Below, in pieces: positions 1-8,544 of a stretch of 31,046 nucleotides of DNA; position 1 is the first letter of the stretch, and every line of letters starts with the position of its first letter. The notes under the pieces were generated by a model. That model ran no database searches. It was given only the letters and a program-made list of their open reading frames with translations, and was not told where the DNA came from. Made by a program: the position numbers and the translations under genes. This DNA is from a virus. Its lineage: Duplodnaviria; Caudoviricetes. The stretch covers positions 1 to 31,046 of IMG/VR virus record IMGVR_UViG_3300032227_000542; one strand, written 5' to 3'.

Positions 1-2
1 AA

Positions 3-1274
3 ATCGAATGTTTAAACGCCCTTGGGCTCGATTCCCCCGCGGAGGTCGTTCTCTTTGGAGGAGCTGCTGGGGGGGCAAAGTCGTTCACGGGTTGCGCGTG
101 GCAAATTCAGCGGCGTTTGAAGTACCCAGGAACGCGCGGGCTAATTGGGCGGTCCAAACTTGACACCTTGAAAAAAACGACGCTAAAAACGTTTTTCGAG
201 GTTGCTCAGCTATTCGGGCTCCGAGCGAATGAGCATTACCAATTTAACGCACAGTCGAACGTCATCACGTTTTACAACGGCTCCGAAATAATTTTAAAGG
301 ACCTGTTTTCGTATCCCTCGGACCCGTCGTTTGATTCGCTAGGGTCGCTCGAAATTACTGATAGCTTTTTAGACGAATGTTCTCAGATAAGCAAAAAAGC
401 CGTCGACATCGTTAGGAGCCGTATCCGATATAAACTTACTCAGTACAATTTAAGCCCGAAAACCTTGCTTACATGTAATCCGTCGAAAGGTTGGCTTTAT
501 AATGAAATTTACGCCCCCTGGCGCGCTCAGAACCTCCCTGAGTTTATATCGTTTATACCGTCCCGCGTTACTGATAACCCCCACCTCCCCGCCACTTATG
601 CCGAAACGCTGGCGAGGTTGCCCGAAATCGACCGCAAAAGGTTATTGGAAGGCGATTGGGATTACGACGAAACGGCTGACGCCCTTTTTATTACCGACGA
701 CATCCTAAGAGCTTTTCGCGATCCTCAAACGGACGGGGAGCTTTATATCACGGCCGACGTTGCGCGCTTGGGAAAGGATAGGACCGTTATCGCCCTTTGG
801 CGTGGGTTATCGCTCATTCACATAACCGAGCTTAGAAAAAAGAAAATCGACGAAACCGCCGCCGTCATTCGTGCAATGGCGGACCATCACAAAGTTAAAC
901 TCTCGAATGTCCTCGCCGACGCTGACGGCCTCGGGGCGGGGTTAGTGGACGTTTTGAAGTGCCGCGAGTTTCGTAACGGATCACGGGCCACTAAGCCCGA
1001 ACGGTTTGTTAACCTCAAAGCGGAATGCTTTTTTAAGCTGGCGGAGTTTATCGAACTCAATAGAATGGTTTTCCCTCAGGGCCACCGCGACACAATCGTA
1101 AAGGAACTCGATTTAATCCGCCGCAAAAACCCCGATGGCGACGGAAAACTCGCAGTAACAGGAAAGGAAGAGATCCAACGAACGCATGGTATGAGCCCCG
1201 ATTACGCCGACGCTATTGCCATGCGAATGTTTTTCGAGTTGTTTCCCAATTACGGGCGTTATTCATACGCCTAA
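3..1274 (+). CDS. terL: Terminase large subunit, 5'-truncated by the window edge
   Basis: Frame is open from nt 3 (IECLNALGLDSPAEVVLFGGAAGGAKS, Walker A-like); Walker B FLDE, coupling motif TCNP, nuclease motifs ADVARLGKD and SPDYADA. The track start at 117 omits Walker A. Confidence 0.93.
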   Translation: MECLNALGLDSPAEVVLFGGAAGGAKSFTGCAWQIQRRLKYPGTRGLIGRSKLDTLKKTTLKTFFEVAQLFGLRANEHYQFNAQSNVITFYNGSEIILKDLFSYPSDPSFDSLGSLEITDSFLDECSQISKKAVDIVRSRIRYKLTQYNLSPKTLLTCNPSKGWLYNEIYAPWRAQNLPEFISFIPSRVTDNPHLPATYAETLARLPEIDRKRLLEGDWDYDETADALFITDDILRAFRDPQTDGELYITADVARLGKDRTVIALWRGLSLIHITELRKKKIDETAAVIRAMADHHKVKLSNVLADADGLGAGLVDVLKCREFRNGSRATKPERFVNLKAECFFKLAEFIELNRMVFPQGHRDTIVKELDLIRRKNPDGDGKLAVTGKEEIQRTHGMSPDYADAIAMRMFFELFPNYGRYSYA

Positions 1275-1303
1275 AAACCTTCTGAAAGCCGCGTCCATGG
1301 CCG

Positions 1304-1321
1304 TTTTAACATTTTTTAACA
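1304..1321 (+). repeat. Direct repeat TTTTAACA x2 with 10-bp period, upstream of promoter
   Basis: TTTTAACA at 1304-1311 and 1314-1321. Confidence 0.6.
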
Positions 1322-1328
1322 AATGATT

Positions 1329-1361
1329 TTTGGATGTAGCAAAAAAGCAACAATATATTTG
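1329..1361 (+). promoter_or_regulatory. Bacteroidota primary-sigma promoter with operator-like spacer
   Basis: TTTG (1329-1332), 21-nt spacer, TATATTTG (1354-1361) matches the -33/-7 consensus; spacer holds TGTAGC-AAAAAA-GCAACA. Confidence 0.8.
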
Positions 1362-1385
1362 TCAAACAATTAAAAAACAAACCCC

Positions 1386-1565
1386 ATGAACACAGTAACT
1401 ACCGAAAGCATTTGCAACGAAATCGAAACATTAATTAACTGCCCAAAGTTTCGTGCCACTTGCGTAGAGGTTGCCAAAAAAGTAGGCATTACCGCTAAAG
1501 AGTGGAACGAAAATAAAATTAACATCCTTTACATGTTCGCCACACAAGTCGTTTGTAAAGGTTAA
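1386..1565 (+). CDS. Hypothetical early protein, 59 aa (MNTVTTESICNEIETLINCPKFRATC...)
   Basis: Translated by hand; A-rich leader directly after the promoter; not in the ORF track. Confidence 0.7.
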   Translation: MNTVTTESICNEIETLINCPKFRATCVEVAKKVGITAKEWNENKINILYMFATQVVCKG

Positions 1566-1577
1566 TAAAACCCAGGG

Positions 1578-1603
1578 GCGCGGCTGGCTAACGCGCATTT
1601 TTT
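1578..1603 (+). terminator. Short terminator-like hairpin
   Basis: GCGCG-GCTGGCTAA-CGCGC followed by ATTTTTT. Confidence 0.4.
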
Positions 1604-1630
1604 AAACGCAACCCCCTAAAACCTTATAAC

Positions 1631-1825
1631 ATGTATCAGATCATTATTAAACACCGCCAAAACAATACTGCCCAGGTTCTCGAGTATGTAAAGCTCGGCC
1701 AATGCCTTAACTCATTCCGCGAAATATGCGACGCCAAAGGCTATGAGTACGAATGGGAAGGCGATTTCCCAACCGCTGGCGGTATTGGCCACGATTACGA
1801 CATCGAAGTTTATTTAAATTTTTAA
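1631..1825 (+). CDS. Hypothetical protein, 64 aa
   Basis: ATG ORF with AACCCCCTAAA leader, in the early gene array. Confidence 0.75.
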   Translation: MYQIIIKHRQNNTAQVLEYVKLGQCLNSFREICDAKGYEYEWEGDFPTAGGIGHDYDIEVYLNF

Positions 1826-1845
1826 CCCCTAAAACCCTTTTTATT

Positions 1846-2139
1846 ATGAAAACAATGACAATTGAATTAGAACGCCCCGCAACGATTGAGGTACTCGAAT
1901 TCGAGCTCCCGTATTTCGCAAAGTTTAATAATTGCTATTACGCCGTAATGGATCCCCTCGAGGCTTTGCGCGTGTATAATTTTAGCTCAATAAAAGCGCC
2001 CATGATTGACATAGTACGCCACTCCTCGAGCGTTAAACAGGCCTTCGCTTGGGAAGCCGAACCCATCGACCGCGAGGAGTTCTTTCGCGTGTATAACGAC
2101 GCCCTGTTAGCTATTAACGAAATTCGTGAGAAGCTATGA
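1846..2139 (+). CDS. Hypothetical protein, 97 aa (MKTMTIELERP...)
   Basis: Start moved to ATG 1846, which follows the upstream stop and the leader motif; track start 1753 overlaps the previous gene. Confidence 0.75.
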   Translation: MKTMTIELERPATIEVLEFELPYFAKFNNCYYAVMDPLEALRVYNFSSIKAPMIDIVRHSSSVKQAFAWEAEPIDREEFFRVYNDALLAINEIREKL

Positions 2140-2240
2140 GAAGGGCGGCCCGATTTGTAAAATACGCCGCGTGGACGCTGGCTATTTACACCCTCCTCGA
2201 ATACTGTGAGGAGCTTAACCAATGTTTAGCGAACTTTTAA
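2136..2240 (+). CDS. Small hydrophobic protein, 34 aa (MRRAARFVKYAAWTLAIYTLLEYCEELNQCLANF)
   Basis: ATGA overlap with the upstream stop; fills the gap before the next gene. Confidence 0.55.
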   Translation: MRRAARFVKYAAWTLAIYTLLEYCEELNQCLANF

Positions 2241-2251
2241 AACCCTTTTAC

Positions 2252-2917
2252 ATGTACCCTTTGAACCCCGAAACGATGGCGCAAATTCAGAAATTTACAC
2301 AGCGCCTTAACAGCCAGCCCGACCCGCTGAGCGTCGAACAAACCCCCGACCGAAAGGCCTCGACGGTAGTTATAAGTCATATCGAAATGACGCTCGACGA
2401 GCTTTTTTTCGGCCAATGGAAAACCGAAAATTTTAAATGGAGCCCGATAGCCAATGAAATCCAAGGCGCTCTTGAGCTCGTAGTAATCCACCCCGTAACA
2501 GGTTACGAAATACGCCGAACGGGAGCCGCCTCAATTGTTATTATGGTAGATAAGGCGCCCGAAAACATCCAAGGCCAGGAGCGTAACCAATGGGCGCTTA
2601 ACCCATCCAACAAAAAACCTAACGCCCTCGACATGGCATTCGGAAAGCTAAAAAGCGAATGTTTAAAAAACGCAGCCCAAAGCCTCGGGCCCATCTTTGG
2701 CCGCGACCTTAATAGGAAAAATAAGGACGTTTATAAGCCGTTTAAGATAGCCAGCGCGGGCGAACTACCCGAGGCGCTTATATCACGCCTTGAGGTTGGC
2801 ATCCTTAACGGGGACCCCCAAGCCGCTGAGGCTATCAAAGCCCTCGAGGCCCATTTAAGCCCCGAACAAAAAACCAATTTACAAACCCTTTTAATTCAAA
2901 AAGAAAATGGAAATTAA
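2252..2917 (+). CDS. Single-strand annealing protein, Rad52/Rad22 (Sak)-like
   Basis: KSECLKNAAQSLGPIFGRDLNR resembles the Rad52-family helix motif; adjacent to an exonuclease; start probably ATG 2252 rather than 2222. Confidence 0.7.
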   Translation: MYPLNPETMAQIQKFTQRLNSQPDPLSVEQTPDRKASTVVISHIEMTLDELFFGQWKTENFKWSPIANEIQGALELVVIHPVTGYEIRRTGAASIVIMVDKAPENIQGQERNQWALNPSNKKPNALDMAFGKLKSECLKNAAQSLGPIFGRDLNRKNKDVYKPFKIASAGELPEALISRLEVGILNGDPQAAEAIKALEAHLSPEQKTNLQTLLIQKENGN

Positions 2918-3611
2918 CCCTTACCTCGCCGAGTATATGGCGGGCGTTAACCAACAAACGGCCGCCTGGGATAAACTACGCCTTGGACGCTTCACAGGCT
3001 CAGGAATTAGCGCCCTAATGACGGGCCCGAAAACTAAGGCCGCAAAGGAGGCGGGCGAACTAAGCGAAACCGCCAAAAAATACATTTACGAGAAAGTAAT
3101 GGAGGAGGTGACGGGCCAAAGCAGTAACGAGGCAACCTCACGCGCTATCGACTGGGGGAATGAATGGGAAGAACACGCCCTTTTAGAACTCAAAAAAGCC
3201 CTCGGGAGCCCTGATGAATCGACCGAACTCAAACCCTCGTTTAAACTGTTTAACGATTATTTCGGGTGCTCACCTGATGCGTTTATGATTGAGCCGAATT
3301 TCGGAGCCGTTGGGGTTGAAATAAAGTGTCCGTGGAACTCGGTTAACCATTACCTCCATTCCCAAGTTGAAACGGCCGAGGACCTGAAAAAAGTTAACCC
3401 TGATTACTATTGGCAAATCATGGGCAACATGTTAACCTTTAATTTGCCTGCGTGGATATTCGCCAGCTATGACCCGCGTCAACCTGAAAACCGCCGACTC
3501 CATTACGTCGTAATCGAGGCCGAAATCGACGCATTAAATGAGCTTTGCGAGCGTATGGAATCCGCCCACCGCTATAAAGAGTCAATTAAAACCGCTTGGA
3601 TTAATTCGTAA
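2907..3611 (+). CDS. YqaJ / lambda-exonuclease-like recombination nuclease
   Basis: WDKLRLGRFTGS, WGNEWE, GCSPDA, EIKCP and YYWQ motifs. Confidence 0.92.
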   Translation: MEINPYLAEYMAGVNQQTAAWDKLRLGRFTGSGISALMTGPKTKAAKEAGELSETAKKYIYEKVMEEVTGQSSNEATSRAIDWGNEWEEHALLELKKALGSPDESTELKPSFKLFNDYFGCSPDAFMIEPNFGAVGVEIKCPWNSVNHYLHSQVETAEDLKKVNPDYYWQIMGNMLTFNLPAWIFASYDPRQPENRRLHYVVIEAEIDALNELCERMESAHRYKESIKTAWINS

Positions 3612-3624
3612 CCCTTAAATTTTA
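3609..3624 (+). repeat. 16-bp direct repeat TAACCCTTAAATTTTA, copy 1 (early leader motif)
   Basis: Identical to 5974-5989; one mismatch to 9438-9453. Confidence 0.9.
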
Positions 3625-3628
3625 TCTT

Positions 3629-4996
3629 ATGAATTATTTAGAGTTTTTAGAATCTAAGCGCCATAGCCAAAGCGACTACGGGATTGAGCCCGTTTTTTAT
3701 CCTGAGCGGCTTTTCGATTATCAACGCCACGTAGCCAACTACGCCATTAAAAAAGGTCGGTGCGCTGTATTTTTAGATACGGGCCTGGGTAAAACGATAA
3801 TAGAATTAACCATAGCCGTAAACTATTTACAAAGCACCAATAAACCCGTCTTAATTATTACGCCTCTGGCGGTCGCTTTTCAATTCATTAAGGAGGCCGA
3901 GAAATTTGGTATCGATGATATCGAATACAGTAAAAACGGTAAGTTTAAAAGTAAAATAGTTATTTGTAACTATGAGCGGTTGGATCATTTCGACCCCTCA
4001 CATTTTGAATGCGTTATTTTAGATGAGTCAAGTATCCTCAAGAATTTCGACGGGGCTATTAAATCTAATATAACCTCGTTTCTTAAAAAAGTACGTTACC
4101 GTTTCCTGTTTACCGCTACGCCCAGCCCTAACGATTTTATCGAATTGGGAACGTCATCCGAGGCGCTTGGATATTTAGGTTATACCGATATGCTTACAAA
4201 GTTTTTTAAGAATAACGGTAACTCTATTGACATTAGGCACGCGGGCTCAGAATGGTATTTAAAAGCTCATGCCGAGCGTGATTTTTGGCGCTGGGTTGCG
4301 AGTTGGTCGATATCAGTTAAAAAACCTTCCGATATTGGTTTTAGTGATGATTTACATGTACTGCCGGAATTAATAGAGCTCGAAACGGTAGTAAATAATA
4401 AAAACCCCCTGGCGATTAACGGTCAAACATCGATGTTTAATTTTCCCGCCGTTAATTTCTTCGAGATTAAAAGCGAAGTCCGATCCACCATTACCGAACG
4501 TTGTGAAATGGCGGCTCAGAAATCAGCTAATAACGACACGTCGGTTTATTGGGTTAATCTAAATGACGAGGCCAAATTAATAGGCCAATTGGATAAAAGC
4601 GCCATAGAGATTAGCGGAAATATGAGCATAGATAAAAAGGAGGAAATCCTTTTAAATTTCGCCAGCGGTGAAATAAAAAAGCTCATAACGAAAACATCTA
4701 TTACGGCGTTTGGCCTGAATTGGCAACACTGTAATCATACGGTTTATTTTCCAACTTATTCCTATGAGCAGTATTACCAAGCTATTCGCCGCTTTTGGCG
4801 CTTTGGTCAGACGAAACCCGTTTACGTGGATCTAATCTTGAGCGACGGCCAAACGCGCATTATGCAAAGCCTAAATGTAAAAAAGGATAAAGCTATCCGA
4901 ATGTTTAAAGAGCTAACCTCCCAAACCAATAGCGACTTTAAAATTTCGACAAAAGAATTCAATAAAAAAATAACCCTTCCAAACTTTTTAAAATGA
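3629..4996 (+). CDS. SNF2-like superfamily 2 helicase/ATPase
   Basis: DTGLGKT, ILDESS, TATP, FGLNWQ and QAIRRFWRFGQ motifs. Confidence 0.9.
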   Translation: MNYLEFLESKRHSQSDYGIEPVFYPERLFDYQRHVANYAIKKGRCAVFLDTGLGKTIIELTIAVNYLQSTNKPVLIITPLAVAFQFIKEAEKFGIDDIEYSKNGKFKSKIVICNYERLDHFDPSHFECVILDESSILKNFDGAIKSNITSFLKKVRYRFLFTATPSPNDFIELGTSSEALGYLGYTDMLTKFFKNNGNSIDIRHAGSEWYLKAHAERDFWRWVASWSISVKKPSDIGFSDDLHVLPELIELETVVNNKNPLAINGQTSMFNFPAVNFFEIKSEVRSTITERCEMAAQKSANNDTSVYWVNLNDEAKLIGQLDKSAIEISGNMSIDKKEEILLNFASGEIKKLITKTSITAFGLNWQHCNHTVYFPTYSYEQYYQAIRRFWRFGQTKPVYVDLILSDGQTRIMQSLNVKKDKAIRMFKELTSQTNSDFKISTKEFNKKITLPNFLK

Positions 4997-5976
4997 TTAA
5001 GGACCAGTTAATTTCCGAAAACTTCGCGATTTATAACAGCGATTGTATGTATGTTTTACCGAGCCTAAAAAACGATAGCATAGACCTGGCGGTTTATAGT
5101 CCCCCGTTTGCTGGGTTATATAATTACAGTAGTTCCGAAAATGATTTTAGCAACTGTGAAAATAAAGATCAATTTTTAGATCAGTATGAATTCTTAGTAG
5201 CCGAAATGGCGCGCGTTACTAAGCCAGGTCGAATAAACGCCGTCCATTGTACCGACGTATTCGATAACCGTAGTTTTTTATGGGACTTTCCCCACGAGAT
5301 TATCAGAATTCACGAAAAGTACGGGTTCCATTATCGCAACCGTATAACCATTTGGAAAGAACCCCTCAAAGTTCGTATGCGTACTATGGTGCAAAGCCTT
5401 ATGCACAAATTTATAGTTGAGGATACGACGCGCTGTTTTACCGCTATGCCCGATTACGTTTTAATCTTTACCAAAACAGGCGAAAATGAGACTCCCGTAA
5501 CCCATCCTTTCGGGTTGACTGAATACTTTGGCGCGACTCCTTTTTTAAAAGAGCATGAGGAAACCTACGGCAATTATGCGGACTTTAAAAAGAAATGGAA
5601 AAACTTTACGGGCGATCCTCGGGAGAATAAATTAAGTCATATTACCTGGCAGCGATACGCATCGAGCGTTTGGGATGATATCAGAATCGACAACGTTTTA
5701 CCGTTTAAAGATTCCAAAGAAGACGACGACGAAAAGCATGTCCACCCTTTACAGTTGGACGTCATAGACCGAATAGTTGAATTATATTCTAATCTTGGCG
5801 AAACGGTTTTTACTCCATTTATGGGGGTTGGATCTGAGGTTTATAGCCCCGTTTCGTTGGGACGTAAAGGAATCGGAATAGAGCTCAAAGATTCCTATTT
5901 TAAACAGTCGGTTTTAAATATGAAGGAAGCCGAAAAGCGATTTAATAAAGTAGAACAATTAACAATAAATGTATAA
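4993..5976 (+). CDS. DNA methyltransferase, N4-cytosine/N6-adenine, beta-class motif order
   Basis: N-terminal SPPF catalytic motif, KHVHP, C-terminal FTPFMGVGS SAM-binding motif and GIEL; ATGA overlap with the helicase. Confidence 0.92.
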   Translation: MIKDQLISENFAIYNSDCMYVLPSLKNDSIDLAVYSPPFAGLYNYSSSENDFSNCENKDQFLDQYEFLVAEMARVTKPGRINAVHCTDVFDNRSFLWDFPHEIIRIHEKYGFHYRNRITIWKEPLKVRMRTMVQSLMHKFIVEDTTRCFTAMPDYVLIFTKTGENETPVTHPFGLTEYFGATPFLKEHEETYGNYADFKKKWKNFTGDPRENKLSHITWQRYASSVWDDIRIDNVLPFKDSKEDDDEKHVHPLQLDVIDRIVELYSNLGETVFTPFMGVGSEVYSPVSLGRKGIGIELKDSYFKQSVLNMKEAEKRFNKVEQLTINV

Positions 5977-5989
5977 CCCTTAAATTTTA
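5974..5989 (+). repeat. 16-bp direct repeat TAACCCTTAAATTTTA, copy 2
   Basis: Identical to 3609-3624. Confidence 0.9.
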
Positions 5990-5994
5990 ATAAA

Positions 5995-6420
5995 ATGAAT
6001 AAGAGAAGCCCTTTTAACTACGTCGCTCGCATTGAGCGCGTCCAAAAATGGATAACGGCCAACCCAGGTCTTCACGTTAACGAGATGCTCGACGAAATGA
6101 GCGACACCCCGCGCGGGACTTTGAGCGCGTTACTTAGTCACATGCTCGGCGCTGGGCACATATTACGGCACGAAAGAGGTTTTTACACCTTACCCGAATT
6201 AGTGGCGAGCCCTCGTTCGGTAGCGTATGATATCAAAAAGCTAAAAAAATCGCCCAATATTTTCAGAACGATAAAAAACCGTACCGCCAAGCCAAAGGGA
6301 GTACTCCCCGAAATGCCCCTAAATGCCCCTGAGCCGAATGAAATCGAGGCCGCCATTAACCTGTTGAAAAGTCACGGTTATAAAGTTTTCAAACCGACGA
6401 CGGAATTTAAAGAGATTTAG
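5995..6420 (+). CDS. Putative winged-helix DNA-binding protein
   Basis: PGLHVNEMLDEM...RGTLSALLSHMLGAGHILRHERGFYTL has a wHTH-like helix-helix-hairpin pattern. Confidence 0.6.
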   Translation: MNKRSPFNYVARIERVQKWITANPGLHVNEMLDEMSDTPRGTLSALLSHMLGAGHILRHERGFYTLPELVASPRSVAYDIKKLKKSPNIFRTIKNRTAKPKGVLPEMPLNAPEPNEIEAAINLLKSHGYKVFKPTTEFKEI

Positions 6421-6429
6421 TATTATTGC

Positions 6430-6528
6430 GACGGACTCTCATAATGAAATTTAAAAAATCCCCCTTCCGTTTATTGCCGTCAGCCGAAAGGCTATGGGAG
6501 TCCCTTTAAACGTTGGGGGGTATTTTTT
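6430..6528 (+). ncRNA. Candidate structured cis-regulatory leader (pseudoknot with GAAA tetraloop)
   Basis: 6433-6443 pairs with 6493-6503; 6453-6473 pairs with 6507-6528; AGCC-GAAA-GGCT hairpin at 6482-6493. Confidence 0.65.
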
Positions 6529-6531
6529 GAA

Positions 6532-7194
6532 ATGAAAAAATCTTTTTTACTTTACATCGACGCCCTCGAGGTTCTGAATGTTTTAACCGATGAACAAGCG
6601 GGGCAATTATTTAAAGCCATTCGAGCTTATCAGTTAGGAATTGAGTTCGAATCCGAGCCCATTATTCAAATCGCCCTGGCTTCATTCATTCAGAATTTTA
6701 AACGCGATAATGAAAAGTATTTAATGATAGTCGAACGTAACCGCTCGAATGGGTTAAAAAATAGCAAGTTAAAATATGAAACCCAAAAAACCCAAAGGAA
6801 CCCAGTGGGTTCCAATGGCATCCACTCGGGGCCACTCGTAACCGATAATGGTAATGATAATGGTAATGTAAAGGGTAATGGTAATGTTACTCAAGAAAAA
6901 AAGTCTATAAAAAAAGAATTTATCCCGCCAACCCTTGAGGAGGTAAAAACTTGGTTTATCGAAAACGGTTCCACCGCTCAGGCTGGCGCGAAGGCATGGC
7001 AATATTACACCGATGGGGATTGGGTTGACTCCAAAGGAACCCCCGTTAAGAATTGGCGCCAAAAAATGCGCGGTGGGCGCTGGCTTGAGGATAAACCAAA
7101 CGCTCAAACCAAACCCGAGGAGGTTTATCGGTCGCTCGATCGTGAATTAATGCCAGGCTCAGACATCCTTTACAAATACAATCCCCACGGATAA
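6532..7194 (+). CDS. Phage replication initiator / replisome organiser (DUF6291-like N-terminus)
   Basis: KKSFLLY...LTDEQAGQLFKAI N-terminus, low-complexity DNGN linker, FIPPTLEEV...KNWR C-terminus; directly upstream of dnaB. Confidence 0.8.
   Translation: MKKSFLLYIDALEVLNVLTDEQAGQLFKAIRAYQLGIEFESEPIIQIALASFIQNFKRDNEKYLMIVERNRSNGLKNSKLKYETQKTQRNPVGSNGIHSGPLVTDNGNDNGNVKGNGNVTQEKKSIKKEFIPPTLEEVKTWFIENGSTAQAGAKAWQYYTDGDWVDSKGTPVKNWRQKMRGGRWLEDKPNAQTKPEEVYRSLDRELMPGSDILYKYNPHG
6780..6886 (+). repeat. Iteron-like repeats, putative replication origin inside the initiator gene
   Basis: AACCCA x3, palindrome GGAACCCA-G-TGGGTTCC (6797-6813), CCACTCG x2, multiple TAATG repeats. Confidence 0.5.
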
Positions 7195-7209
7195 CCCCAA
7201 AAAACACCC

Positions 7210-8544
7210 ATGTTAACACCGCCCAACGATACTGAACTCGAAAAAATAGCCTTAGGAGCCATTTTACTCGATTTTAACGCACTCAAACGCGTTGAGGGTA
7301 TCCTAACGCCTGAAAAGTTTTTTGACCCGCGTAATGGGCTTATTTTCGATGCAATCCAAAAACTCAAAAGTGAAAATTTACCAATTGACATTTTAACCGT
7401 TACTCAAACGCTCAGAAAGTCGAAACAATTGAGCGCGGCGGGGGGGCCCATTTACCTATCGGAACTAACTACCCGCGTAAGTTCTACGGCCAACCTCGAG
7501 ACGTGGGCGCTGCAAATGGTGGAAATGTACCTAAAAAGGGAACTCGCTAAAATGGCGGCGCGGTTAGCTGAGGAGGCGTTATCGCCTGAGCATGACCCTT
7601 TCGACCTTTATAACAGCTATTCCATCCAATTAACCGACCTCATTAAATCCAACCTCAAAGGCGAGACCTCGCATATTTCACAAATTACCCCCGAAACGAT
7701 GCAAAGTATTGAGGAACGTGAGCGCCACGGCCTGAGCGGAATACCGACGGGAATTAGGACAGTTGACAACATTCTCGGAGGCCACCAAAAAGGGGACCTC
7801 ATTTATATTGCGGCCCGCCCAGGCATGGGGAAAACCGCCCTCGCGTTAAGTGTGGCGCTAAACATGGCTCAAAGCGGTTACCCCGTGGCGTTCTTTTCAC
7901 TTGAAATGTCACGGGCTCAGTTAGTTTTTAGGCTGGCGTCCATCCTTTCGGGAATAAACGCCGAGAAGCTCGCGAAATATACCCTCAATACCGAGGATAA
8001 AAAAACCTATTACCAAACCGTCGATCGTTTAAACGCCCTCCCGATATACATCGACGATCGCCCAGGCCTTTCGATACTCGATTTAAAAACCCGCGTTAGA
8101 ACTTTGGCTGAGCGTTCAAACGTAAAGGCGGCCTTTATTGATTACGTCCAACTACTGAGCGCGGGTAATAAAAAGAATTTCGGGAGCCGTGAGCAAGAAA
8201 TAAGCACAATATCGAGAGGCCTCAAGTTAATCGCAAAAGAAAATGCCATCCCCGTAATCGCATTAAGCCAGCTTAGCCGAGCCGTAGAAGCCCGCCAGGA
8301 TAAAAGGCCCCTCCTTTCGGACCTGAGGGATTCGGGAAGCCTTGAACAGGACGCCGACGTTGTCGCTTTTCTTTACCGCGCTGGCTATTACGATACCAAC
8401 TCACCAACTAACGGGGCCGAGTTCATAATAGCAAAGCATCGAAACGGGCGAACGGGGATGTTAAGCGTCAATTTTACCCCCGAAACGATGCACTACACCG
8501 ACATTCAAAACAAAACAATAATTAACGAATCATGGGAGCTATGA
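7210..8544 (+). CDS. dnaB: Replicative DNA helicase
   Basis: AARPGMGKT, FSLEM, IDYVQL, LSQLSR, DLRDSGSLEQDAD and IAKHRNG. Confidence 0.97.
   Translation: MLTPPNDTELEKIALGAILLDFNALKRVEGILTPEKFFDPRNGLIFDAIQKLKSENLPIDILTVTQTLRKSKQLSAAGGPIYLSELTTRVSSTANLETWALQMVEMYLKRELAKMAARLAEEALSPEHDPFDLYNSYSIQLTDLIKSNLKGETSHISQITPETMQSIEERERHGLSGIPTGIRTVDNILGGHQKGDLIYIAARPGMGKTALALSVALNMAQSGYPVAFFSLEMSRAQLVFRLASILSGINAEKLAKYTLNTEDKKTYYQTVDRLNALPIYIDDRPGLSILDLKTRVRTLAERSNVKAAFIDYVQLLSAGNKKNFGSREQEISTISRGLKLIAKENAIPVIALSQLSRAVEARQDKRPLLSDLRDSGSLEQDADVVAFLYRAGYYDTNSPTNGAEFIIAKHRNGRTGMLSVNFTPETMHYTDIQNKTIINESWEL

Noticed and set aside
1938-7391. - strand ORFs within the early arm (1938, 2237, 2503, 6769, 7170) as a possible repressor or immunity gene
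   Set aside because: All lie opposite real genes and lack HTH or peptidase motifs
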